Of a stretch of 32,000 nt of DNA, positions 24,277-32,000 are shown one piece after another (the stretch's first letter is position 1; every line of letters begins with the position of its first letter). Below the pieces are notes generated by a model, which was not told the DNA's origin, did not search any database, and saw nothing but the letters and a program-made list of their open reading frames with translations. The DNA comes from Trichlorobacter lovleyi SZ. Its GTDB lineage: Bacteria; Desulfobacterota; Desulfuromonadia; Geobacterales; Pseudopelobacteraceae. A program made the position numbers and the translations under genes. The stretch is taken from the NCBI RefSeq assembly GCF_000020385.1, contig NC_010814.1, positions 870,001 to 902,000 of the forward strand, given 5' to 3'.

Positions 24277-24725
24277 TCCACGAAGAACACGAAGGAACAC
24301 GAAGAAAATCTTTATGGATGAGTTGATCTATAGAGAGGAAGTATTCCAAATAATTGGAGCTGCGATTGAAGTTCATAAAGAACTTGGCAGTGGTTTTTTA
24401 GAAGCTGTTTATCAGGAGGCGCTCGCATACGAACTCAGCTTGCGTAAGATTCCTTTTGTTTCGCAGCAGTCTCTCAAAATACAGTACAAAGCACACGTCT
24501 TGAACAAAGAGTATATTGCTGATCTAGTTTGCTTTAACGGCATTATTGTTGAATTGAAGGCGTTACAAAGATTAACAGGCCACGAAGAATCTCAAATCAT
24601 AAACTATCTTAAGGCAACCGGAATGAGAGTTGGTCTACTCATAAATTTTGGCAGTTCAGGAAAGCTCGAATGGAAACGTCTGGTTTCATGATTTTCTCTT
24701 CGTGTATTTTCGTGCCCTTCGTGGA
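24277..24725. mobile_element. CACGAAG-type inverted-repeat element carrying a GxxExxY gene (loaded copy)
   Basis: The left arm is TCCACGAAGAACACGAAGGAACACGAAGAAAATC (24277-24310). The right arm is GATTTTCTCTTCGTGTATTTTCGTGCCCTTCGTGGA (24690-24725), and the two are near-perfect reverse complements. The arm family is the same as at 21714-21818. Confidence 0.75.
24314..24691 (+). CDS. GxxExxY family protein (PD-(D/E)XK nuclease-like fold, about 125 aa)
   Basis: MDELIYREEVFQIIGAAIEVHKELGSGFLEAVYQEAL... contains the eponymous G-F-L-E-A-V-Y motif, followed by ADLVCFNGIIVELK (D...ExK-like). Start taken at ATG 24314 rather than the track start at 24197, which reads out of the upstream gene. Confidence 0.8.
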   Translation: MDELIYREEVFQIIGAAIEVHKELGSGFLEAVYQEALAYELSLRKIPFVSQQSLKIQYKAHVLNKEYIADLVCFNGIIVELKALQRLTGHEESQIINYLKATGMRVGLLINFGSSGKLEWKRLVS

Positions 24726-24742
24726 AAAAAAGGTTTAGCTCT

Positions 24743-25588
24743 ATGTGTGATCATAACAAAAACATCTACCTGCCGTGCCTTGCCACCGTGGAAGAGGTCA
24801 TTGACGAGACCCCGGATGTCCGTACGCTGCGTCTGGTGTTTCAGGATGAACAGGTGCGGGAGGGTTTCAACTTCCGGGCCGGGCAGTTTGCCGAGTACTC
24901 TGCCTTTGGTGCCGGCGAATCAACCTTCTGCATCGCCTCCTCGCCGACCCGTAAAGGGTACATTGAATGCTGTTTCCGGGCTGTGGGGCGGGTAACAGAA
25001 TCGCTGCGCCGTCTTGAGGTCGGCGATACCATGGGAGTGCGTGGCCCCTATGGTAATTCATTTCCGATTGAACAGTTCTTCGGCAAGAGCCTGCTATTCG
25101 TAACCGGTGGTATCGCCCTGCCGCCTTTGCGGACCCTGATCTGGAACTGCCTGGACTGGCGGGACAAGTTTGGTGATATCACCATTGTCTACGGCGCCCG
25201 GACAGAGGCCGACCTGGTCTACAAGCGTGAACTGAAAGAGTGGGAAGAGCGCAGTGATGTACGGCTGGTCAAGACGGTTGATCCCGGTGGTAATGGCCCT
25301 GAGTGGGATGGCAAGGTGGGTTTTGTGCCGACCGTGCTGGATGAACTGGCGCCATCAGCAGACAACTGCATCGCCCTGGTCTGCGGCCCACCGATCATGA
25401 TCAAATTCACCCTGCCGGTGCTGGAAAAGCTGGGTTTTGGCGATGAAGCGATCTACACCACTCTGGAAAACCGGATGAAGTGCGGACTGGGCAAGTGCGG
25501 TCGCTGCAATGTGGGTAATGTCTACGTCTGCAAGGACGGGCCAGTGTTTACGGCCAAGCATGTCAAGGCGATGCCGCTGGAGTATTAG
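24743..25588 (+). CDS. FAD/NAD(P)H-binding oxidoreductase with C-terminal 2Fe-2S (sulfhydrogenase-gamma/AsrB/PyrK-like; FlxA-like)
   Basis: Ferredoxin-reductase-type fold (GQFAEYS, LLFVTGGIALPPL) and the C-terminal cluster motif CGLGKCGRCNVG...VCKDGPVF. Confidence 0.7.
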   Translation: MCDHNKNIYLPCLATVEEVIDETPDVRTLRLVFQDEQVREGFNFRAGQFAEYSAFGAGESTFCIASSPTRKGYIECCFRAVGRVTESLRRLEVGDTMGVRGPYGNSFPIEQFFGKSLLFVTGGIALPPLRTLIWNCLDWRDKFGDITIVYGARTEADLVYKRELKEWEERSDVRLVKTVDPGGNGPEWDGKVGFVPTVLDELAPSADNCIALVCGPPIMIKFTLPVLEKLGFGDEAIYTTLENRMKCGLGKCGRCNVGNVYVCKDGPVFTAKHVKAMPLEY

Positions 25589-25620
25589 GCAAGAGTGTGT
25601 TCAGCCAGCATGTAAAATAT

Positions 25621-25655
25621 AAAAGGCCCGAAATAATCATCGGGCCTTATTCTTA
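25621..25655. terminator. Bidirectional rho-independent terminator between convergent genes
   Basis: AAAAGGCCCG-aaataatcat-CGGGCCTTATTCTT, with an A-run on one side and a T-rich run on the other. Confidence 0.75.
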
Positions 25656-25675
25656 AAACAGGCGACTCAATTATT

Positions 25676-26170
25676 TTACGGTTTCCCCAGCAGTTCCTCT
25701 ATCTTTGCCTGAACAAACCCTTCGATAATTCTTCCCATGATCATGAAGGTCGGTGTTGAGTCGATGCCGGCCTTTTTTGCAATGGCCTGCTGCTCTTCCT
25801 GTGATTTTATACCAGCTGCAGTAACCGGCAGATTTTTGGTGTCCATCCGGTCAACCATACCGGACATCACTTCATGGTACAGTCTGGTCTTGTCATGCCC
25901 CGAAAGGATGTATTGAGCCTTGGAACGGGCATTGGGGTGCATGGCCAGCGGGTTGAAGAAGACATAGCGGGTAATGTCACGACGATTGTGAAAATAGGCC
26001 GCTGCCTTGCGGCAGAAGGGGCAATCCGGGTCGGTGAACTCAATCACCTTTTTAGGACCGGTGCCGATTACCAGTGCCTTGTTTAAATCAATCGTGGCAG
26101 CGGAGGCGGTACCTGAACAAAATACCATGGTTGCCAGCAAAGCGAGGGTGAGCAGAAAACGTTGAGTCAT
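25676..26170 (-). CDS. Periplasmic thioredoxin-fold thiol:disulfide oxidoreductase (DsbA/DsbC-like)
   Basis: Signal peptide MTQRFLLTLALLATMVFCSGTASA and the CPFC active-site motif. Confidence 0.65.
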   Translation of the reverse strand: MTQRFLLTLALLATMVFCSGTASAATIDLNKALVIGTGPKKVIEFTDPDCPFCRKAAAYFHNRRDITRYVFFNPLAMHPNARSKAQYILSGHDKTRLYHEVMSGMVDRMDTKNLPVTAAGIKSQEEQQAIAKKAGIDSTPTFMIMGRIIEGFVQAKIEELLGKP

Positions 26171-26182
26171 AGCCAGTCTCCG

Positions 26183-27259
26183 TTATTGTTCCGGCAGTGG
26201 CAGGGTAATGGTGAATTCGCTGCCGACACCTTCCCGGCTGTCAGTAGTGATGGTGCCGTTATGCGCTTCAGTTACCATTTTGCAGAATGCCAGGCCGAGC
26301 CCGCTGCCTCCACTGCCCCGTCCGGTCTGGTTGCGGGCCTGGACAAAACGGTCAAAGATCATCGGCAGTTCGACCGTGGCAATGCCGTTACCGGTATCTG
26401 TGATGCTGAGCATGACCGCCACATCAGAGTCGGCCGACACGCCGCAGTAACAGCGCACGCTGATTTCTCCGCCGCAGGGGGTGAATTTGACGGCATTGGC
26501 TAGCAGGTTGGCGATCACCCGGGAGAATTTGTTCCTGTCCAGATTCAGCAGGGGCAGATCATCTTCCAGCTGCGTCTGCAGGTGGATCTGGGCATGTTTG
26601 ATCATGCCGCGAAATCCTGCGACTACCTGTTGTGCCAGCTCTGACAGGTTGACCGGTGTTTTGTGAAAGGCGATCTTGCCGGCCTCAAGACGGTGGAGGT
26701 CCAGCAGGTTGTCGATCATGGCCACCACTTCATTACAGCTCTCAATGGCTGAAAGCAGGTAACTGGTCTGTTCACGGTTAAGCGGGCCGAGCCGCTTTTC
26801 TCTGACCAGGTCAATTGAGCCGATCGCCGCAGTAAGCGGGTTTTTCAGATCATGGGAGAGCATGGAGATAAAGTCCCGCTTTTCCCGCTCCAGTGACTTG
26901 ATTGCCAGGCAGCGTTCTATACTCTTTACCAGCCGCTCAACACTGAACGGGGCCATCAGGCAATCCAGCGCACCCTGTTTGTGACAGTCCAGATAGCGCT
27001 CCTGCTCATTGGCATCCAGCAGGGCAATTACCGCCGGATCGTTGCCGGATTCCTGCAGATGCTCCAGGGAGGGAAGGCAGTGCTGGTAGGGGGGAGAACC
27101 GAGCAGGATGGCATCCAGCCGTTGCCGCGTAAGTATGCTGCGGGCCGCTTCGCAGGTTTCGGCCAGGTGCAGCTGGTACGGCCCTGCTTCGAGCAGCTGG
27201 AATGCCAGTTGGGCGGCGCTGGTGTCGTTTGCGACAATCAGAAGTTGTTTGATGCCCAT
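26183..27259 (-). CDS. Histidine kinase with N-terminal pseudo-receiver domain
   Basis: H-box SHDLKNPL, N-box LLANAVKFT, G1 DTGNGI, G2 GSGLGL. The N-terminal REC-like fold lacks the key residues (LIVANDT; DAILLGS with Gly where the Asp is expected; MAPF where KP is expected). Confidence 0.8.
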   Translation of the reverse strand: MGIKQLLIVANDTSAAQLAFQLLEAGPYQLHLAETCEAARSILTRQRLDAILLGSPPYQHCLPSLEHLQESGNDPAVIALLDANEQERYLDCHKQGALDCLMAPFSVERLVKSIERCLAIKSLEREKRDFISMLSHDLKNPLTAAIGSIDLVREKRLGPLNREQTSYLLSAIESCNEVVAMIDNLLDLHRLEAGKIAFHKTPVNLSELAQQVVAGFRGMIKHAQIHLQTQLEDDLPLLNLDRNKFSRVIANLLANAVKFTPCGGEISVRCYCGVSADSDVAVMLSITDTGNGIATVELPMIFDRFVQARNQTGRGSGGSGLGLAFCKMVTEAHNGTITTDSREGVGSEFTITLPLPEQ

Positions 27260-27260
27260 G

Positions 27261-27977
27261 TTATGGCCGGCCTCCAGCTGTCTGGTTTAGAAACGCCTCG
27301 GCAAGCACCAGGTCTTCCGGAGTGGTGATCTTTATGTTTCGATAGCTGCCGTTCACGATTCTAACGGTCCCGTTGAAGCGCTCCAGCAGGGAACAGTCGT
27401 CGGTTCCCAGGAAGCCTTCCTGCAGCGCCTGGTGGTGGGCTGCCAGTATCTGCCCAAACTTGAAGCTTTGGGGGGTCTGGGCCTGCCAGAGGGTAGAACG
27501 ATCCGGTGTTGAGACGACGGTACCATCGTGTACCACCTTGATGGTGTCTTTGGTCTGAACGGCAACCAGGGCACCGACCCCGGTGGTGGCCAGGTCAATG
27601 GACTGCTGCAGGATCAGTTCGTCAATAAACGGGCGGACACCGTCATGGATCAGGATGATATCGTCAGGCGCGGTATGGTCCTGCAGTGCCTGCAGTCCGT
27701 TCAGTACCGAATGCTGGCGCTCGGAACCGCCGGAAACAACATCCAGCACCTTTGAAAACCGGTATTTTTCGACAACTTCACGCCGGCAGTAAGGGATCTC
27801 ATCTTCTGGGATAACCAGTATGATGCCGCTGATGAGCGGGCTGTCCTGGAATACCTGCAGGGTGCGGGCAACAATCGGTATGCCTCCCAGTTGCAGGTAC
27901 TGCTTGTTCATGGAGGCTCCCATCCGTTTTCCCATTCCGGCGGCGGGAATCAAGGCAAAGGCACGCGTTTTGTTCAT
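27261..27977 (-). CDS. ispD: 2-C-methyl-D-erythritol 4-phosphate cytidylyltransferase
   Basis: [13 protein letters not shown]...[10 protein letters not shown]-terminal signature, about 235 aa. Confidence 0.85.
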   Translation of the reverse strand: MNKTRAFALIPAAGMGKRMGASMNKQYLQLGGIPIVARTLQVFQDSPLISGIILVIPEDEIPYCRREVVEKYRFSKVLDVVSGGSERQHSVLNGLQALQDHTAPDDIILIHDGVRPFIDELILQQSIDLATTGVGALVAVQTKDTIKVVHDGTVVSTPDRSTLWQAQTPQSFKFGQILAAHHQALQEGFLGTDDCSLLERFNGTVRIVNGSYRNIKITTPEDLVLAEAFLNQTAGGRP

Positions 27978-29380
27978 AAGGTCAGCTCAAGGGCCTGGCA
28001 GAAGGCTGAGGCCAGGAAGGGGATGTCGTTGTCGCTCAGGGTGCGCACATCCAGCAGAAAACGGTCCTTCTGAAGCCGGCCCACCACAGGCGGGGTGGTG
28101 GTGCGCAGCAGCTCTTCAAGGCGATTGGGCGGCAGCCCGTCAACGCTGACTTCAATCAGGCGGCTGGGGAGCTGCAAAAGCGGGTATGAACCACCGCCAG
28201 GGCTTGAGAAGCCATCCTGCAGGGTCAGGGTGAACTGCTCGGGCAGGAGAGCGCGCAGGCGCCGCAGCATCCGGCGTGCCTGACTGGCGAGTACATCCAT
28301 CGGCATGGTCAGCATCCGCAGGGTCGGGATCTCGGTCAGTGCCACCCGTTCATCGCGGTAGAGGCGCAGGGTCGCCTCAAGCGCCGCCAGAGTCAGTTTG
28401 TCGATCCTCAAGGCCCGCAAAAGCTGATGCCGCTTCATCTTTTCAACCAGGTCGCGACGGCCGGCAATCAGGCCTGCCTGCGGCCCGCCCAGCAGCTTGT
28501 CGCCGCTGAAGGTAACGATGTCGGCTCCTGCCTGGAGATGCTGCTGGACCGTGGCTTCGCCGCAGATGCCAAAGCGGGCAAGATCAATCAGGCATCCACT
28601 TCCGGCATCCACCATGGTCGGCACACCCGCTTCCTGTCCGATCCGCACCATGGTTTCGGTATTGACCTCTGCCGTAAAGCCGACCACGGCAAAGTTGCTG
28701 GTGTGGACCTTCAAGAGCAGGGCGGTCTGCTCGGTGATCGCCCCGATATAGTCGCGGGGGTGGGTCCGGTTGGTGGTGCCTACCTCAACCAGACCGGCGC
28801 CGCTCTGGCGCATTACATCGGGAATTCTGAAGGAACCACCGATTTCGACCAGTTCTCCGCGGGAGACGATCACCTCCTGTCCTGCTGCCAGGCTTGAGAG
28901 GGCCAGCATGACGGCGGCGGCATTGTTGTTGACCACCAGGGCCGCCTCAGCACCGGTCAGTTCGCAGATCAGGTTTTCAACGTGGGCGTAGCGTTCCCCC
29001 CGCTCTCCCCGCTCCAGATCAAACTCAAGGTTGCTGTAGCCCCAGGCCGTATCGTGCAGCGCAGCCTCTGCTGCCCGGGCCAGTGGTGAACGTCCCAGGT
29101 TGGTATGTACCACCACGCCGCTACCGTTAATCACCCGTCGCAGGCTGGGTGTTTCGGCAATACGGATCTGATTGCGTACCAGATGGCTGATTGAGACGGG
29201 GGTGAGGTCGGTTGCAGGGTTGACGGCAAGTGAGCTGCGCAGTTGGTCAAGCACGTTGCGGACCGCCTGTTTCAGGCCGACATGGCTGGTAAGTGACCGC
29301 AGAGAAGCGATCTCGGGCCAGGACAGTACCTTGTCCATTTTGGGGAGCTTGCGTCTGGTATCCTGTGATGCTCCGCTCAT
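27974..29380 (-). CDS. selA: L-seryl-tRNA(Sec) selenium transferase
   Basis: [17 protein letters not shown] and the PLP-lysine region [13 protein letters not shown], 468 aa. ATGA overlap with ispD. Confidence 0.85.
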   Translation of the reverse strand: MSGASQDTRRKLPKMDKVLSWPEIASLRSLTSHVGLKQAVRNVLDQLRSSLAVNPATDLTPVSISHLVRNQIRIAETPSLRRVINGSGVVVHTNLGRSPLARAAEAALHDTAWGYSNLEFDLERGERGERYAHVENLICELTGAEAALVVNNNAAAVMLALSSLAAGQEVIVSRGELVEIGGSFRIPDVMRQSGAGLVEVGTTNRTHPRDYIGAITEQTALLLKVHTSNFAVVGFTAEVNTETMVRIGQEAGVPTMVDAGSGCLIDLARFGICGEATVQQHLQAGADIVTFSGDKLLGGPQAGLIAGRRDLVEKMKRHQLLRALRIDKLTLAALEATLRLYRDERVALTEIPTLRMLTMPMDVLASQARRMLRRLRALLPEQFTLTLQDGFSSPGGGSYPLLQLPSRLIEVSVDGLPPNRLEELLRTTTPPVVGRLQKDRFLLDVRTLSDNDIPFLASAFCQALELTL

Positions 29381-29389
29381 GGCAGCCCC

Positions 29390-30070
29390 CTAGAGATCCA
29401 TCGCCTCGCCCGGCTGGCAGGCGGTTTCATCCAGCAATACCTTGCCGCCGTATTCGGCGTTTTTGCGCACCAGCAGCTCAGCGGTCTCACAGTCACGTTC
29501 AAGGAAGGCGGCAATGATCTTTTGATGTTCCTGCACTGAAACCTCCATCCGGCCCGGTTGCGAGAGTGACATCAGCCGCAGCCGCTGGAAACGGGTTACC
29601 AGCAGGTTAATCATCTCCCGCAGTTTGTCATTGTCGGCCGCCTTGATGAAAAGATCATGAAAGTCGTTATGGACCTTGAAAAACTGTTTGATGTCAGAAT
29701 GCTTGCACAGTTCTGACAAACGCTCGTTGATGGTCTGGAGCCGCTCGATTTCCTTGCTGGTCAGCTTGGTGCAGGCCAGCCGTGCGGCATACCCCTCCAG
29801 GATGCTTTTGATGGCGTAAAATTCCTCCACATCCTTCTGGGTAAAGGCGCTGACCACCGCCCCTTTGCGCGGTATCACCGTCAGGTAACCTTCCGACTCA
29901 AGCTGACGGAACGCTTCACGGATCGGGGTGCGGCTGATGCCGAACCGCTCGGCAAGGTCCGGTTCTGAAACGCGGCTACCGGAGGTGATGCTGCCGGAGA
30001 TGATGGCATCACGGATCGTCTCCAGTATTTTTTCCCGTAACGTCAGGTGTTTTTCTTTTAATCTTTTCAT
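29390..30070 (-). CDS. GntR-family transcriptional regulator (FadR/FCD subfamily)
   Basis: wHTH EPDLAERFGISRTPIREAFRQLESEGYL followed by an all-helical FCD-like C-terminal domain. Confidence 0.85.
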   Translation of the reverse strand: MKRLKEKHLTLREKILETIRDAIISGSITSGSRVSEPDLAERFGISRTPIREAFRQLESEGYLTVIPRKGAVVSAFTQKDVEEFYAIKSILEGYAARLACTKLTSKEIERLQTINERLSELCKHSDIKQFFKVHNDFHDLFIKAADNDKLREMINLLVTRFQRLRLMSLSQPGRMEVSVQEHQKIIAAFLERDCETAELLVRKNAEYGGKVLLDETACQPGEAMDL

Positions 30071-30106
30071 GATGTCCGAGCCTGCTCCATAAGATGATGG
30101 GATTAT

Positions 30107-30114
30107 TGTATACA
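30107..30114. promoter_or_regulatory. Palindrome TGTATACA (within ATTGTATACAGT), a candidate GntR-type operator
   Basis: It lies in the divergent spacer between gntR and the channel gene and matches the loose GntR-family GT-Nx-AC palindrome pattern. Confidence 0.3.
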
Positions 30115-30265
30115 GTATGCACTATTTGTCAATTGAATCCATTTTACTTTAATGAGTTCCGGGGACGGGGCTGTTTGCTACAGTGGATAATTGCGCCAAA
30201 GGCGCTTGAATTTTGACGGTTCAGGTAGTAGGGTGCAGCATCTGAATCAGCTACGGGGTTTACGC

Positions 30266-31318
30266 ATGGATCCGGTTCGACGTCTAAAAATCTCGGTTGT
30301 CATACTCCTGCTGCTGCTGACCATGGGAACCGGCGGATACATGCTGATTGAGGGTTGGCGGCTCCTTGACGCGTTGTATATGACCGTGATTACGCTGGCC
30401 ACCATCGGATTCAAAGAGGTCCATGACCTGACTGATCAGGGCAAGCTGTTTACCATGGTCCTGATTGTGTTCGGTGTCAGTACCCTCGGTTATCTGGTCA
30501 GCAGTGTGGCCCAGTTGATGTTTGAAGGTCAGATTCAGCGGATCATCGGGAGGAAAAAGGTGGAAAAACGGATAGATGCCCTCAAGGATCATTACATCAT
30601 CTGCGGTTTTGGCCGGATCGGCTCCATGATCTGCCGGGAGCTGGCTGCCAATCAAGTCCCGTTTGTGATTGTAGAACGCAATACCGATGTGGTGGAGCGG
30701 ATTGAAGATAATCGTTACCTCTGGATGAAGGGGGACGCCACCCTGGATGAAACCCTGATCAGGGCCGGTATCCAGCGTGCAACCGGTCTGGTATCGGTGG
30801 TTACCTCGGATTCGGAAAACGTCTATATTACCTTGACGGCCCGGGGGCTGAACCCGGATCTGCATATCCTGGCCAGATCCGGTGAAGAAGGAACTGAGTT
30901 GAAGCTGAAGCGGGCGGGGGCCAACAAGGTGGTTTCCCCCTATGCCATTGGCGGCATGCGGATGGCCCAGTCAATCCTGCGTCCCAACGTGGTTGATTTT
31001 ATCGAGATTGCCACCGCCAGCGAACACCTTGATCTGCAGATGGAAGAAATCAGTATCCCCCATGATTCCGAGTTTGCCGGCCACACCCTGGTCAGTACCG
31101 GTTTCCGTAAAGAGACCGGCGTCATCATTGTCGGCATCAAAAAATCCCATGGCCACATGGTCTTTAATCCCAACCCGCAGGCTGCCATTGATGAGGGGGA
31201 CACCCTGATCGTACTGGGTGATCCTGCGTCGGTGGACAAACTTGAGGAACTGGTAAAACACCGGATAGAGCCGGGGCACAGCGCCCGCCGCAAGCAGAGG
31301 GAGGCTGTCCATGCCTAG
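30266..31318 (+). CDS. Two-TM cation channel with RCK (TrkA-N/TrkA-C) domains, atypical selectivity filter
   Basis: TM1, pore helix, filter (TLATIGFKEV) and TM2 are followed by the Rossmann-type IICGFGRIGS and a TrkA-C-like C-terminus. Start taken at ATG 30266 (MDPVRRLK). Confidence 0.75.
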   Translation: MDPVRRLKISVVILLLLLTMGTGGYMLIEGWRLLDALYMTVITLATIGFKEVHDLTDQGKLFTMVLIVFGVSTLGYLVSSVAQLMFEGQIQRIIGRKKVEKRIDALKDHYIICGFGRIGSMICRELAANQVPFVIVERNTDVVERIEDNRYLWMKGDATLDETLIRAGIQRATGLVSVVTSDSENVYITLTARGLNPDLHILARSGEEGTELKLKRAGANKVVSPYAIGGMRMAQSILRPNVVDFIEIATASEHLDLQMEEISIPHDSEFAGHTLVSTGFRKETGVIIVGIKKSHGHMVFNPNPQAAIDEGDTLIVLGDPASVDKLEELVKHRIEPGHSARRKQREAVHA

Positions 31319-32000
31319 TCTGCTCTGTGCCCATGTGCCCTGGCCCCGCCTGGCAGAACACCGCTCATACCTGCTGGATCAGCGGATCAACCCTGAGCTG
31401 TACTTGCCCGCGGATGCCCTGGATACGCTGGATACGCGGCAGATGCAGGCCTTGTCGGATGACCTGATCAGCCATGGCCTTGCCTGTACCATCCATGCCA
31501 CCTTTATGGATCTGAATCCCGGCTCGGTTGACCGGGCGGTACGTGAAACCACCCGCCAACGGGTTGAGCAGACTCTGGATTGCGCTGAGCTGCTCAAGGC
31601 ACGGGTAGTGGTGTTTCATCCCGGCTACAGCCGGCTCTCCTACGGTTCTGCTGTTGACAGCTGGGTCGCCAATACGGTCTCCTTCTGGCAGCAGCAGGTG
31701 CCACGCATCAGGGAAACCGGCTGCCGGGTTGCTCTTGAGAATATCTTTGAAGAAGAACCTTCAACCCTGGTGCAGGTCTTGAATCAGCTTGATCCTGCTT
31801 TTTTCGGCCACTGTTTTGACAGCGGACATTTCAATATGTTCTGCACCGTGTCGCTGGAAGAGTGGTTTGCTGCCCTGGGCAGCTTCATTATTGAAAGCCA
31901 TCTGCATGACAATCACGGCGTGGCTGATGAACACCTGCCGGTTGGTGAAGGGGAGATTGATTTTCAAAAGATAACTGACTTGTTAAAGCAGTATGCCCCC
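31311..32000 (+). CDS. Xylose-isomerase-like TIM-barrel protein (sugar phosphate isomerase/epimerase family), 3' end outside window
   Basis: Hand translation from ATG 31311 gives MPSLLCAHVPWPRLAEHRSYLLDQ...VVVFHPGY...ALENIFEE...FDSGHFNM...SHLHDN...DEHLPVGEGEIDF. The frame is open to the window end and overlaps the channel stop. Confidence 0.6.
   Translation, partial: MPSLLCAHVPWPRLAEHRSYLLDQRINPELYLPADALDTLDTRQMQALSDDLISHGLACTIHATFMDLNPGSVDRAVRETTRQRVEQTLDCAELLKARVVVFHPGYSRLSYGSAVDSWVANTVSFWQQQVPRIRETGCRVALENIFEEEPSTLVQVLNQLDPAFFGHCFDSGHFNMFCTVSLEEWFAALGSFIIESHLHDNHGVADEHLPVGEGEIDFQKITDLLKQYAP

Noticed and set aside
24197-24313. Upstream extension of the GxxExxY ORF (MRALHQDLSGGDRYCRGAGRDRG...)
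   Set aside because: It overlaps the 3' end of the upstream Fe-S gene in another frame and reads through the inverted-repeat arm. The family is about 125 aa and starts at MDELIYRE.
21714-24725. CACGAAG repeats considered as a CRISPR array or simple tandem repeat
   Set aside because: Each arm has only three 8-9-nt units. The arms are arranged as inverted arms rather than as direct repeats with unique spacers, and no cas genes are present.

Overview
Bacterial chromosome segment. Gene content (multihaem cytochrome, Hdr/Flx-type cluster, GxxExxY cassettes) suggests a Geobacter/Desulfuromonas-like deltaproteobacterium; this is inference only. The left half (1-15.9 kb) is an accessory island abutting the 3' end of tRNA-Asn(GUU) at 15825-15900. 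Rightward from a divergent switch region (13270-13379) lie a cI-like XRE repressor and a large serine recombinase. Leftward, all on the minus strand, lie: a replisome-organizer gene with internal iteron-like repeats; a 0.5-kb ORF-free spacer; a four-gene translationally coupled module led by a divergent tyrosine-recombinase-like protein; a membrane-protein gene with an in-frame TAG; and a Fic + Type I R-M operon. That operon has two divergent hsdM paralogues and two extra genes wedged between hsdM and hsdS. One of these, with a TIR/deoxyribosyltransferase-like N-domain, is split by a 1402-bp ISL3 element with an 8-bp target duplication. The right half (16-32 kb) looks like core metabolism. It holds an octahaem cytochrome c and an hdrC-hdrB-cheY-hdrA-mvhD-flxCBA-like operon that is interrupted twice by the same CACGAAG-type inverted-repeat element, once empty and once carrying a GxxExxY gene. 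These are followed by a gntR-selA-ispD-kinase-dsbA-like operon, an RCK K+ channel with an atypical filter, and a partial TIM-barrel isomerase gene. No CRISPR array or rRNA was seen.
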